Below are positions 39,113 to 47,572 of a DNA stretch of 55,091 bases, piece by piece. The notes beneath the pieces are model-generated. The model was not told where the DNA came from, searched no databases, and was given only the letters and a program-made list of their open reading frames with translations. The DNA lies in IMG/VR virus record IMGVR_UViG_3300046820_001896; one strand, given 5' to 3'. The translations under genes and the position numbers were made by a program. Positions within the stretch are counted from its first letter, which is position 1; each line of letters begins with the position of its first letter. This DNA is from a virus. Its lineage: Duplodnaviria; Heunggongvirae; Uroviricota; Caudoviricetes.

Positions 39113-41395
39113 ATGCAATCTGGTGTCCAAAAGCTAGAACAAATTTCGGTCAACTTTGACCAACAATCTACCTTAGCACGACTATTGGCTAAGGAAAACA
39201 TTTCCGTAATCCACGGAGCATATCATACAGCGTGGTTCGACCCACAAAAACGTGTACTCGCTTTGCCGATTTGGAAGAATCGTGGTAAAGCAGTATATGA
39301 CTTACTTACTGGCCACGAAGTTGGTCATGCGCTCTACACTCCTGCTAAAGGTTGGCATGATGCTGTAGACGACATCAAGGGTGCACCTCGTGCATATTTA
39401 AACATTCTTGAAGACGTTCGTATCGAGCGTAAAGTTCAAGACTTGTACCCTGGACTTCGTTCCCAATTCCAAAAAGCATATAAGAATCTTGCTGAAGACG
39501 ACTTCTTTGGTATTGTCAAAGAAAATATCGATATCAATGGTATGCGCGTGATTGATAAGATCAACGTGAAAGCTAAACTTGGTCCTCACATCACAGTTGA
39601 CTTTTCACCTATCGAATACGAATACTTTGCTCGTTCATTCGAAACAGAAACGTTTGAAGATGTAGTTGCACTTGCTAAAGAAATCTATGACTATCAAAAG
39701 TCATTGATGAAAAAAGTAAAAGCACGTCCAATGCAGACTCTTCCGCAAGTTGAAGAACTTGATGAAAATATGGTAATGCCACCAAATGATGCTGAAAAAT
39801 ATGAAAAGCCAGAGGAGCAAGAAGTTCCTCCAGCGAATGAAGATAAAAAGCAAGAAGTTGTAGACGAAACTGAACCCGAAGAAAGCAAGCCACAATCTGG
39901 TAAAACTGGATCTGGTTTGGACGGTGAACAAAAACAACTACATAAAGATGACTTCAAAGATGGCCCATCAGAAACTAAGACTGATGATCCTGGTGAAGTA
40001 GATCTTGAGTCAGTAACTGATAAAGCTTTCCGCGAACGTGAAGCAGAGTTGCTTGCAACTGAAGAGATGAAAGGCACTATGGTGTACAACATCTCTAAGC
40101 TTCGCCAACCCGAAATCATCATTGACTACAAAGAATATTTCCAAGAATGGAAAAAAGAACTCTTTCAAGTCGACTCTTATTATGGTGATGTGATCGCTCG
40201 TCAACTTTCAGAGTTGGATGAAAGCTACAAGAAGTTCCGTAAGGACACAGACGTTGCTGCTGCATACATGGCAAAAGAATTTGAGATGCGTAAAGCTGCA
40301 TATCAGTATTCTCGCTCAAGTATTCAAAAAACCGGTATCATCAACACCAATAAGTTGCACGCTTACAAGTATTCAGAGGACATTTTCCTAAAGTCTACTA
40401 AACTTGCTAACTACAAGAATCACGGTATGATGATGTTCATCGACTTTAGTGGTTCAATGCAAGATAATATTGGTGCTACTATTCGTCAGTTGTTGAACTT
40501 GACTACATTCTGTCGTATGATCCAGATCCCATTTGAAGTGTATGCATTCACTACTCGTGTACGTAACTGCAAAGAAGACGAAGACGTTAAGTATGATGAA
40601 TACTCTGACTGCGAGATCATTCCTCAGAAGTTTAACCTGCTAAACCTAATGTCATCTCGTATGACACGTAGCGAATATGGTGATGCTTCTCGCATGCTTT
40701 GGAATCTTTCCCAAGCTTGGGACGGTAAACTTAACCAACGCTATATCAATGCATGGAATCACTTGCACAGCACTCCTCTGAACACATGTATTGTGTATGC
40801 AAATGATCTTATCAACAAGTTTAAGTCTAAGCACAACATTGAAAAGATGACTGCTATGTTCTTAACCGACGGTGAATCAGATGCTTTCCAGATCCGCATG
40901 ACTGAGGAAGGTGATGCACACCGTACAACGAAAGATGCATACTATGGATATCGTGGCAAACCAGCAATCATCCGTGTTGATGGTAAAGCTATCCAAGTCA
41001 AATCTGTTAACTCAGCTGACATGACTGCACAACTGTTGGGGTTCTTGAAACAATCTACCAATGCAAATGTGCTTGGATTCTTCATTAGCGAGTATCGTAA
41101 TCAAGCTGTTGCTAAAGCGGTTGGCGAAGCTCCTATCGGCAAATATGGTCACTATCGTGACAAGTATACTGAGCAGATGAATAAGAATCGTTGCTTGATT
41201 GAAGACGGCATCTTCGGCTATGATCGTTACTTTGGTCTATGTGCCAAATACATGGATATTCCTGACAACGAATTTGACGAGATGGTCGAAGATGGTGCGA
41301 GCAAAAATAAGATTAAGACTGCTTTTGCAAAGCTATCAAAGTCCAAGCGAGTTAATCGTATCTTGTTGAATGCTTTCGTTGATGCAATTGCTTGA
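39113..41395 (+). CDS. CobT-like protein: HExxH domain plus von Willebrand A domain
   Basis: HEVGH, NILEDVRIE, acidic linker, MIDAS DFSGS and TDGE. Adjacent to a MoxR-type ATPase. Confidence 0.8.
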   Translation: MQSGVQKLEQISVNFDQQSTLARLLAKENISVIHGAYHTAWFDPQKRVLALPIWKNRGKAVYDLLTGHEVGHALYTPAKGWHDAVDDIKGAPRAYLNILEDVRIERKVQDLYPGLRSQFQKAYKNLAEDDFFGIVKENIDINGMRVIDKINVKAKLGPHITVDFSPIEYEYFARSFETETFEDVVALAKEIYDYQKSLMKKVKARPMQTLPQVEELDENMVMPPNDAEKYEKPEEQEVPPANEDKKQEVVDETEPEESKPQSGKTGSGLDGEQKQLHKDDFKDGPSETKTDDPGEVDLESVTDKAFREREAELLATEEMKGTMVYNISKLRQPEIIIDYKEYFQEWKKELFQVDSYYGDVIARQLSELDESYKKFRKDTDVAAAYMAKEFEMRKAAYQYSRSSIQKTGIINTNKLHAYKYSEDIFLKSTKLANYKNHGMMMFIDFSGSMQDNIGATIRQLLNLTTFCRMIQIPFEVYAFTTRVRNCKEDEDVKYDEYSDCEIIPQKFNLLNLMSSRMTRSEYGDASRMLWNLSQAWDGKLNQRYINAWNHLHSTPLNTCIVYANDLINKFKSKHNIEKMTAMFLTDGESDAFQIRMTEEGDAHRTTKDAYYGYRGKPAIIRVDGKAIQVKSVNSADMTAQLLGFLKQSTNANVLGFFISEYRNQAVAKAVGEAPIGKYGHYRDKYTEQMNKNRCLIEDGIFGYDRYFGLCAKYMDIPDNEFDEMVEDGASKNKIKTAFAKLSKSKRVNRILLNAFVDAIA

Positions 41396-41400
41396 CCGGC

Positions 41401-41446
41401 ATAGCTCGAAAGGGCTATGTACAAATGTGTGAAAGTGTGGTATAAT
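41401..41446 (+). promoter_or_regulatory. GNRA hairpin followed by an early/middle promoter
   Basis: ATAGCTC-GAAA-GGGCTAT (41401-41418), then TGTACA (41418-41423)-N17-TATAAT (41441-41446). Confidence 0.8.
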
Positions 41447-41495
41447 ATACTATGTATTGCAAATATAATGTGTAAATGTGAAAGGTGTCCAAACC

Positions 41496-42641
41496 ATGAA
41501 ACAAGAAATCAAAACAGCGTTTGTAAAAACTCTCGGCGATAAGTATCCCGGTCGTTCAGTGTTCGATGTAAAAGAACTTATCGACCATGCTAATGATATG
41601 GGCTTGAATTATCCAAGCTTTGTCACTAAACCAGAAAATCGAGTTGGACGTGGTAAGTACCAAATCCAAATGCTCGCAACAGTAACTCAAATGCCAAAGC
41701 GAAAAGAACCTGAAGTTCAAGCTGAAGCTATTAAACAATCGGTGTTCGAACAAGTGAAAATCGAAGTCCCACAAAAAGATAAAAGCTACGTATCATGGGG
41801 ATTTTTCCGTGACGTTAAGCAAATCATTGAATCAATGCAATTCTATCCTGTGTTCATCGCGGGTCTTTCTGGTAACGGTAAGACTATGATGGTTGAACAA
41901 GCATGTGCACAATCACAGCGTAAGTATGTACGTGTTAATATCACTGAAGAAACTGACGAAGACGATCTTATTGGTGGTTTCCGTCTCGTAAATGGCGAGA
42001 CTGTATGGTGTGATGGTCCAATTCCACAAGCTATGAAACAAGGCGCAATCTGTCTTATTGACGAGATCGACCGCGGTTCAAATAAGCTGATGTGTTTGCA
42101 AGCTGTGCTCGAAGGCAAACCACTATACATCAAAAAGACTGGTGCGGTTATTCAAGCACAAGAAGGTTTCAACGTAATTGCTACTGCTAACACTAAAGGT
42201 CGTGGTTCAGAAGATGGTCGATTTACAGGCGCACGTATCCTTGACGAAGCTTTCCTCGAGCGATTCGTTGCTACCATGGATCAACCATATCCTACTACTG
42301 CAGTAGAAAAGAAAATTATCCTAAACGCAATGGAAACAAGCGGTAAGCTTGATGGTGAATTTGCAGATAATTTGGTTACATGGTCAGACATCATTCGTAC
42401 GACATACAAAGATGGTGGTGTTGACGATCTAATTTCTACTCGTCGTCTTGTACATATCGCTCGTACTTATGGCATCTTTGGCGATCGTGCAAAAGCAATC
42501 GAGTTGTGTATCTCTCGCTTTGATGAAGACACACGAGTAGCATTCCTTGATTTGTATAGTAAAGTTGATTCTAAAGTAGTACCAACTGCTGAAGAAAAAA
42601 TTGAAGTGCAACAGTTTGACGATAAAGCTGTTCCTTTTTAA
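41496..42641 (+). CDS. cobS: CobS-like MoxR AAA+ ATPase
   Basis: GLSGNGKT, LIDEIDR, ATANTKGRGS, LDEAFLERF and ISTRRL motifs. Confidence 0.88.
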   Translation: MKQEIKTAFVKTLGDKYPGRSVFDVKELIDHANDMGLNYPSFVTKPENRVGRGKYQIQMLATVTQMPKRKEPEVQAEAIKQSVFEQVKIEVPQKDKSYVSWGFFRDVKQIIESMQFYPVFIAGLSGNGKTMMVEQACAQSQRKYVRVNITEETDEDDLIGGFRLVNGETVWCDGPIPQAMKQGAICLIDEIDRGSNKLMCLQAVLEGKPLYIKKTGAVIQAQEGFNVIATANTKGRGSEDGRFTGARILDEAFLERFVATMDQPYPTTAVEKKIILNAMETSGKLDGEFADNLVTWSDIIRTTYKDGGVDDLISTRRLVHIARTYGIFGDRAKAIELCISRFDEDTRVAFLDLYSKVDSKVVPTAEEKIEVQQFDDKAVPF

Positions 42642-42722
42642 GAACACCCTCGGGAGGGATTTACACACTCCCCTTCCGGTCGCTGGGTGATATTGAGTGT
42701 GATTATGTAATGGAGTTTTAAT

Positions 42723-42986
42723 ATGACTAAGCAAGCTAAACTATTGACCGCATTTGCACAAGGTAAAGAACTTACTGGTAAGCAAATCACTGCAACTTTC
42801 GGTTTGAAGGATCCTGCAGCTTCTGTTCGCAATCTTCGCGAACAAGGTCATTGCATCTACGCCAATAGCGTTAAGTTGCATGATGGTACTGAGGCAACTA
42901 AGTACCGTTTAGGCACACCTAGCCGTCGCATGATTGCAATGGCAGCACGTGTTGGTGGTGCAAGCGTATTCTCAAGCAACGTTTAA
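42723..42986 (+). CDS. Small winged-helix-like protein conserved in T4-like phages
   Basis: LTGKQI..FG......V..LREQGHCIYAN ... YRLGTP pattern; GGAG Shine-Dalgarno. Confidence 0.55.
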   Translation: MTKQAKLLTAFAQGKELTGKQITATFGLKDPAASVRNLREQGHCIYANSVKLHDGTEATKYRLGTPSRRMIAMAARVGGASVFSSNV

Positions 42987-43000
42987 TAGCTTGAGTTGAT

Positions 43001-43035
43001 GGAGGGAGGAGAGACTGGACACCGCTCCTCTCTCC
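43001..43035. other. 11-bp purine/pyrimidine hairpin (terminator or processing site)
   Basis: GGAGGGAGGAG pairs with CTCCTCTCTCC (one G-U pair); 13-nt loop. Confidence 0.55.
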
Positions 43036-43058
43036 TTCATTGTTTTGGAGTCTATATA

Positions 43059-43226
43059 ATGAACGTTTGGAATCGAGTTGTAGAAGATCTACAGAAATAC
43101 AGCGAACCTAAAGTTGAGCAAACATTCCTTCAAAGAATGTGGAATATTATTTTTAGTGATGATGGTTGTAAGAGTGATGGATGTCATCAGGGCAGAAATC
43201 CTGGAGGTTGTAACTGTGGCCACTAA
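43059..43226 (+). CDS. Small protein with Cys/His-rich C-terminus
   Basis: GGAG at 43047-43050 before ATG 43059. Ends GCKSDGCHQGRNPGGCNCGH. Confidence 0.5.
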   Translation: MNVWNRVVEDLQKYSEPKVEQTFLQRMWNIIFSDDGCKSDGCHQGRNPGGCNCGH

Positions 43227-43554
43227 AAAGGATTTGATTAAAGCATCTCAGACTGCAACGACAGGCGGTCGAAAGTTTGATGGTGGAAAACCACGTTATG
43301 GTTTGCTACCTCCTTTGGCGATGAAAGCCACTGCAGAAGTTCTTACATTTGGTGCAGAGAAATATGAGCCAGATAATTGGAAGTATGTACCTGAATCAAA
43401 GACCCGTTATTTTGATGCATTAGAACGACATGTTTGGGCATGGAAAATGGGTGAGCAAATGGATCCTGAATCAGGAATGCATCACTTAGCACATGCTCTT
43501 TGTTGCTTGATGTTTTTGTATGAGCATGATGTGAAATATTCTAAGGAAGATTGA
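43216..43554 (+). CDS. DUF5664 / dATP-dGTP diphosphohydrolase-like protein
   Basis: GRKFDGGKPRYGLLP, VLTFGAEKY..DNW and HHLAHALCCLMFL motifs. Start placed at GTG 43216 behind GGAGG. Confidence 0.8.
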   Translation: MATKKDLIKASQTATTGGRKFDGGKPRYGLLPPLAMKATAEVLTFGAEKYEPDNWKYVPESKTRYFDALERHVWAWKMGEQMDPESGMHHLAHALCCLMFLYEHDVKYSKED

Positions 43555-43901
43555 TGTTTAAATTTATTACAGATAATAATGTTTTTAGCAATGAGAACAA
43601 AGAACTAAAACTTGAAGTTGAGTCACTAAAGAAAGAACTTGCTGCAAGCAAAGATGTAATCAAAAGCATCAACGACAATATTTCTAAAGGACCATTTGCA
43701 TTTGACTTTAAAAAGATGAATGTCTTTTCTATTGAGCGAAATGTCAATGCGAATAAACCATGTACTATTATTGGTTATATTTTAAAAGAGCCAAAAGAAG
43801 ATTCTGATGGTAGTAAAGATGTTGTTCGCGAATGGTACTTCTATTGTGACGAAGATTCACATAAGAAGCTTGTAAAAGAATTTGAAACAACACGAAAATA
43901 A
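43551..43901 (+). CDS. Hypothetical protein
   Basis: 116 aa ORF coupled to its neighbours. Confidence 0.55.
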   Translation: MMFKFITDNNVFSNENKELKLEVESLKKELAASKDVIKSINDNISKGPFAFDFKKMNVFSIERNVNANKPCTIIGYILKEPKEDSDGSKDVVREWYFYCDEDSHKKLVKEFETTRK

Positions 43902-43904
43902 TTG

Positions 43905-43933
43905 TGTACAAAATATCATTTTTATGGTATAAT
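43905..43933 (+). promoter_or_regulatory. Early/middle promoter for gp45
   Basis: TGTACA-N17-TATAAT. Confidence 0.8.
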
Positions 43934-43961
43934 AGTTACAATATAACTTATAGGATATATT

Positions 43962-44633
43962 ATGAAATTTTCTAACGACACGCTTGCAATCTTAAAAAAC
44001 TTTGCAATCATCCAACCAAACTTGATGTTCCGAGCTGGCAATGAAGTGAAAACTATTGCAGAAGCTAAGAACATTGTTGCTAAGGCAACTATTACTGAAA
44101 CTATCCCACAAGATTTTGGCATCTATGATGTCAATGATTTCTTGTCTTCAATGTCTTTGTTTACAGATCCTGAGATTAGTCTCGGCGATAAGAGCGCAAA
44201 GATCGCTGAAGGCAAATCGAAGTTGACTTACTTCTTCTCTGATGAGGCTTCACTAACATATCCACAAAAAGATGTGTCGATGCCTGCGATTGACGCAACG
44301 TTTACGCTTACATCAGAAGTATTAAAGTCATTGCAACGAGCTTGCTCATTGCTTTCAGTCTCTACAGTTACAGTAGAGAGTGCTGAAGGAACTGGTATTG
44401 CTATCAGCGTACAAGATGCCAAGAACAGCACATCAAATTCATATGGTACTGAAGTAGAAGGTCACAACGGTGGACATACTTTCAAATTCCATTTTGATAT
44501 TAGTAACTTTAAGATTTTGCCAGGTGATTATACAGTATCAATCTCTGGTAAACTTATCTCTCACTTCCAACACAAGACACTTCCAGTTGAATATTGGATT
44601 GCTCTTGAAAAATCTTCAACTTACGAGGCTTAA
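43962..44633 (+). CDS. gp45: Sliding clamp gp45
   Basis: LKNFAIIQPNL, FGIYDVNDFL, ILPGDYTVSIS and YWIALE motifs. Confidence 0.93.
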   Translation: MKFSNDTLAILKNFAIIQPNLMFRAGNEVKTIAEAKNIVAKATITETIPQDFGIYDVNDFLSSMSLFTDPEISLGDKSAKIAEGKSKLTYFFSDEASLTYPQKDVSMPAIDATFTLTSEVLKSLQRACSLLSVSTVTVESAEGTGIAISVQDAKNSTSNSYGTEVEGHNGGHTFKFHFDISNFKILPGDYTVSISGKLISHFQHKTLPVEYWIALEKSSTYEA

Positions 44634-44638
44634 TAATT

Positions 44639-44845
44639 ATGAGACTAACTGACCTACAAGTAGTAGTGCAGATCATCGATCTTGCCACCGAAAAAGGTGT
44701 ATTTAAAGGTGCTGACTTGAAACCAGTCGGCGAAGTACGTGAACGCATCATTGAGTTCATCAAGCAAAATGCAAAACCTGTTGAAGGCACTGCAGAAGGT
44801 AAACAAGAAGGAGCAGCAAATGAGTCTAGCAAAACAACTGAGTAA
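44639..44845 (+). CDS. Small hypothetical protein
   Basis: 68 aa; IIDLATEKGVFKGADL..VG motif; GAGG Shine-Dalgarno. Confidence 0.55.
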   Translation: MRLTDLQVVVQIIDLATEKGVFKGADLKPVGEVRERIIEFIKQNAKPVEGTAEGKQEGAANESSKTTE

Positions 44846-45080
44846 TCCAGCAGATCGTAAGGCAGTGTATGATGCCTTAGTTGAAATCTCTAACTCAATG
44901 ACTCGTATGGAAGCAGAACGCGACCTAATCAAAGAGACATTGAATATGGTTAAAGATAAGTATGAACTTCCACAGAAGTATACACGTACGCTAGCAAAGA
45001 TTTATCACAAGCAAAATTTCCAAGAAGTAAAGTCAGAGCAATCTGAAGTGGAAGACTTGTATGAATCCCTTACGTCGTAA
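44820..45080 (+). CDS. dsbA: dsDNA-binding protein, T4 DsbA-like
   Basis: AAGGAG Shine-Dalgarno. IKE..............LAKIYHKQN...E...LY pattern resembles T4 DsbA. Confidence 0.7.
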   Translation: MSLAKQLSNPADRKAVYDALVEISNSMTRMEAERDLIKETLNMVKDKYELPQKYTRTLAKIYHKQNFQEVKSEQSEVEDLYESLTS

Positions 45081-45393
45081 TTTCTTTAAAGGATTCGGCG
45101 TACTAGGAGCGGTGGTTGCAGGTGCGACCGCCGTTAAAGTTACTGTCGAAGAAGTTAAAAAACCAAGCGAAGATCATTCACATCTAGCGCCAGAACCAAA
45201 CACTACACTCACTATAATGGGTGATAATCGAACTGCTGAAGAGAAGCAAGCATCAACACCTTCTCCAAACGGCATGTATGCTTTCCAACAAAATCCACAA
45301 GTAACCAATCAAGTTGCACTTGCTGTTGGAAAAGATAATCGATTGTGGATTAAAATGGAAGATAAATGGCATAGGGTGTCAATTGACTCATAA
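45061..45393 (+). CDS. Protein with twin-arginine (Tat)-like signal peptide
   Basis: MNPLRRNFFKGFGVLGAVVAGATAVK has RRxFxK followed by a hydrophobic stretch. Confidence 0.65.
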   Translation: MNPLRRNFFKGFGVLGAVVAGATAVKVTVEEVKKPSEDHSHLAPEPNTTLTIMGDNRTAEEKQASTPSPNGMYAFQQNPQVTNQVALAVGKDNRLWIKMEDKWHRVSIDS

Positions 45394-45405
45394 TTGTGGT
45401 ATAAT
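45377..45405 (+). promoter_or_regulatory. Early/middle promoter for gp44
   Basis: TGTCAA-N17-TATAAT with TGTGG extended -10. Confidence 0.7.
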
Positions 45406-45429
45406 ATATTTTTGTAATGGAGTCTTTGA

Positions 45430-46368
45430 ATGCAAGATCAATTTTTGTGGGTAGAAAAGTATCGTCCTAAAAAGATCGAAGAGTGTATCCTTCCTAAGCA
45501 ACTAAAGGAAACATTCCAACAGATTGTTGATAGTGGCGAACTTCCTAACCTAATGTTTACTGGAACTGCTGGTCTTGGTAAGACTACGGTTGCACGTGCT
45601 TTGTGTGAACAACTTGGTATCGACTATATCGTTATCAACGGTTCTGAAGAAGGTAATATCGATACGCTTCGTACAAAGATTCGTCAATTCGCATCTACAG
45701 TTTCCCTTCAAGGAGGTTACAAGTGTGTAATCCTTGACGAGGCAGACTATCTAAATCCTCAATCGACACAACCTGCTCTTCGTGGTTTTATCGAAGAATT
45801 TGCTAACAACTGTCGATTCATCCTTACATGTAACTTTAAGAATCGTATCATCGAACCTCTCCACTCTCGTTGTGGTGTGATTGACTTCAAATTTACTAAG
45901 CAACAACTTGCTGGTTTGTGCGGTCAGTTTATGAATCGCCTTAAACAAATCCTTGACGCTGAAGGCGTTACATATACTGAAGCTGTACTCGCTGAACTAA
46001 TTATGAAGCATGCTCCAGATTGGAGACGTGTTCTTAACGAAGCACAGCGTTATAGTATCACAGGTACTATCGATGAAGGTATTCTTGTTACACTTAATGA
46101 CAAGTCTATCCAAGATTTGATGTCTGCGCTTAAAGCTAAAAACTTTAAAGGCATGCGTGAATGGGTTGTCAACAATATTGACACAGAACCACATGCAATT
46201 TTCCGTAAAGTTTATGATGTATTAAGCGATCATTTGCAACCACAATCAATTCCTCAAGTAATCCTTACACTTGCAGATTATCAATATAAGAATGCTTTTG
46301 TTGCCGACCACGAACTTAATGTTGTTGCATGTATGACTGAAGTTATGGCATCTGCGGAGTTTAAATGA
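45430..46368 (+). CDS. gp44: Clamp loader large subunit gp44
   Basis: WVEKYRP, GTAGLGKTT, ILDEADYL and SRC motifs. Confidence 0.96.
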   Translation: MQDQFLWVEKYRPKKIEECILPKQLKETFQQIVDSGELPNLMFTGTAGLGKTTVARALCEQLGIDYIVINGSEEGNIDTLRTKIRQFASTVSLQGGYKCVILDEADYLNPQSTQPALRGFIEEFANNCRFILTCNFKNRIIEPLHSRCGVIDFKFTKQQLAGLCGQFMNRLKQILDAEGVTYTEAVLAELIMKHAPDWRRVLNEAQRYSITGTIDEGILVTLNDKSIQDLMSALKAKNFKGMREWVVNNIDTEPHAIFRKVYDVLSDHLQPQSIPQVILTLADYQYKNAFVADHELNVVACMTEVMASAEFK

Positions 46369-46547
46369 CATCAGCTAAGATTTACCCAAAAGATGATTTA
46401 TGGTGTGTAGACTATATAGATAGTAATTACGAAGCATTGCCCACTGTAGGCATATTCAAAACATTAGAAGAAGCCAGACAATCTGCGATTGTCTGGGCTG
46501 AAGGAGAAGCAAAAAATGTGGCGATTGTGGGCCAAAGCACTTGGTGA
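46365..46547 (+). CDS. Small hypothetical protein
   Basis: ATGA overlap with the gp44 stop. Confidence 0.45.
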   Translation: MTSAKIYPKDDLWCVDYIDSNYEALPTVGIFKTLEEARQSAIVWAEGEAKNVAIVGQSTW

Positions 46548-46671
46548 AAAAGCTGGTAAAGATAATGAAGAAGCAGATACAGTTGCAATTATTCGTACAG
46601 TCATAGTCGCTTGTTATATAATTACTAATATTTTTATTGTGGCTGGTGTCATACGACACTGGTAATATATC

Positions 46672-47046
46672 ATGAATCCATTTGAATTTGTAAACGCTAT
46701 CTGTGACACAAAGCAAAACTTAATCACAGATGATGCCTCAGAAAAAGCATATAATCCATTCATGGTTAATAGGTCTTTGTCCTATCACTATGATACTGTT
46801 TTGTTAGCCAATGAAATGAACATGCGTCATTTCTTAGATAAGAAGCTTCAAAACGACTTTCTTATAAATACAGTTAGGAAGAAAAAACGGTTTGCCAAAT
46901 GGGCAAAACCTACTTCTTCCGATGATTTGGAAGTCGTTAAAGAGTATTATGGCTATAGCAACGAGAAAGCTCGTACCGTTTTACCTTTACTCAATGACGA
47001 TCACATGGGACAATTGAGACAAAGGGTATTCAAAGGTGGAAAATAA
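46672..47046 (+). CDS. gp62: Clamp loader small subunit gp62
   Basis: YNPFMVNRSLS, ANEMN, RKKKRFAKW and YYGYSNEKA motifs. Confidence 0.92.
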   Translation: MNPFEFVNAICDTKQNLITDDASEKAYNPFMVNRSLSYHYDTVLLANEMNMRHFLDKKLQNDFLINTVRKKKRFAKWAKPTSSDDLEVVKEYYGYSNEKARTVLPLLNDDHMGQLRQRVFKGGK

Positions 47047-47461
47047 CGAAAAGAGCGTCGAGTGGACACCAGCTTCTATGCTGGAAGTTACACTAAACGA
47101 GCCGGACGATTTCCTAAAAGTACGCGAAACATTAACTAGAATTGGTGTTGCTTCTCGTAAAGATAGAAAGTTATATCAATCTTGCCACATTTTACATAAG
47201 CAAGGCAGATATTTCATCGTTCATTTTAAAGAATTATTTGTATTGGATGGCAAACCGTCAACCATTACAGAAAACGATATTCAACGTCGTAATACGATTG
47301 CAGTCTTGCTTTCGGATTGGGGTTTGTTGACTATAAATAGTGTTGAACAGTCCAAAGATCGAGCACCTCTACGACAGATCAAAGTATTGTCGTTTAAAGA
47401 GCGTGACGAATGGGAACTGTGTCCGAAGTATAATATCGGAAACACACGTAAAGAATTCTGA
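47036..47461 (+). CDS. regA: Translational repressor RegA
   Basis: DDFLKVRETLTRIG and LYQSCHILHKQGRYFIVHFKELF motifs. Confidence 0.97.
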   Translation: MENNEKSVEWTPASMLEVTLNEPDDFLKVRETLTRIGVASRKDRKLYQSCHILHKQGRYFIVHFKELFVLDGKPSTITENDIQRRNTIAVLLSDWGLLTINSVEQSKDRAPLRQIKVLSFKERDEWELCPKYNIGNTRKEF

Positions 47462-47546
47462 TCCCCATCGGGGTGGGAACATGGCGGCAGTAACCATGTA
47501 AATAACTGTCACCTTATGCCATATGGGTAAGGGAAATATTATAAAC

Positions 47547-47572
47547 TAACTCGCTTAATAGGAGCTAATATG
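47547..47572 (+). promoter_or_regulatory. ROSE-like RNA thermometer hairpin occluding the hsp20 Shine-Dalgarno
   Basis: C-TCGCT-TAAT-AGGA-G: the UYGCU motif pairs with AGGA with a bulged G, 6 nt before the ATG. Confidence 0.65.

Noticed and set aside
39113-42641. Cobalamin-biosynthesis auxiliary metabolic genes
   Set aside because: There is no cobN or other cob gene. The pair is a generic MoxR AAA+/vWA module common in T4-like phages.
26744-43035. Shared GGAG[A/G]GAGGAG arm in the hairpins at 26744 and 43001 as a dispersed repeat family
   Set aside because: Only two copies, low complexity, and different loops. Could be convergent.
45383-45405. TTGACT as the -35 of the gp44 promoter
   Set aside because: Its spacing to TATAAT is only 11 nt, whereas TGTCAA at 45377 gives the 17-nt spacing seen in all other copies.
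47440-47470. Sigma-32 heat-shock promoter for hsp20 (CCCCAT at 47463-47468)
   Set aside because: No CTTGAA-like -35 at 13-15 nt spacing. CCCCAT is explained as part of a hairpin.
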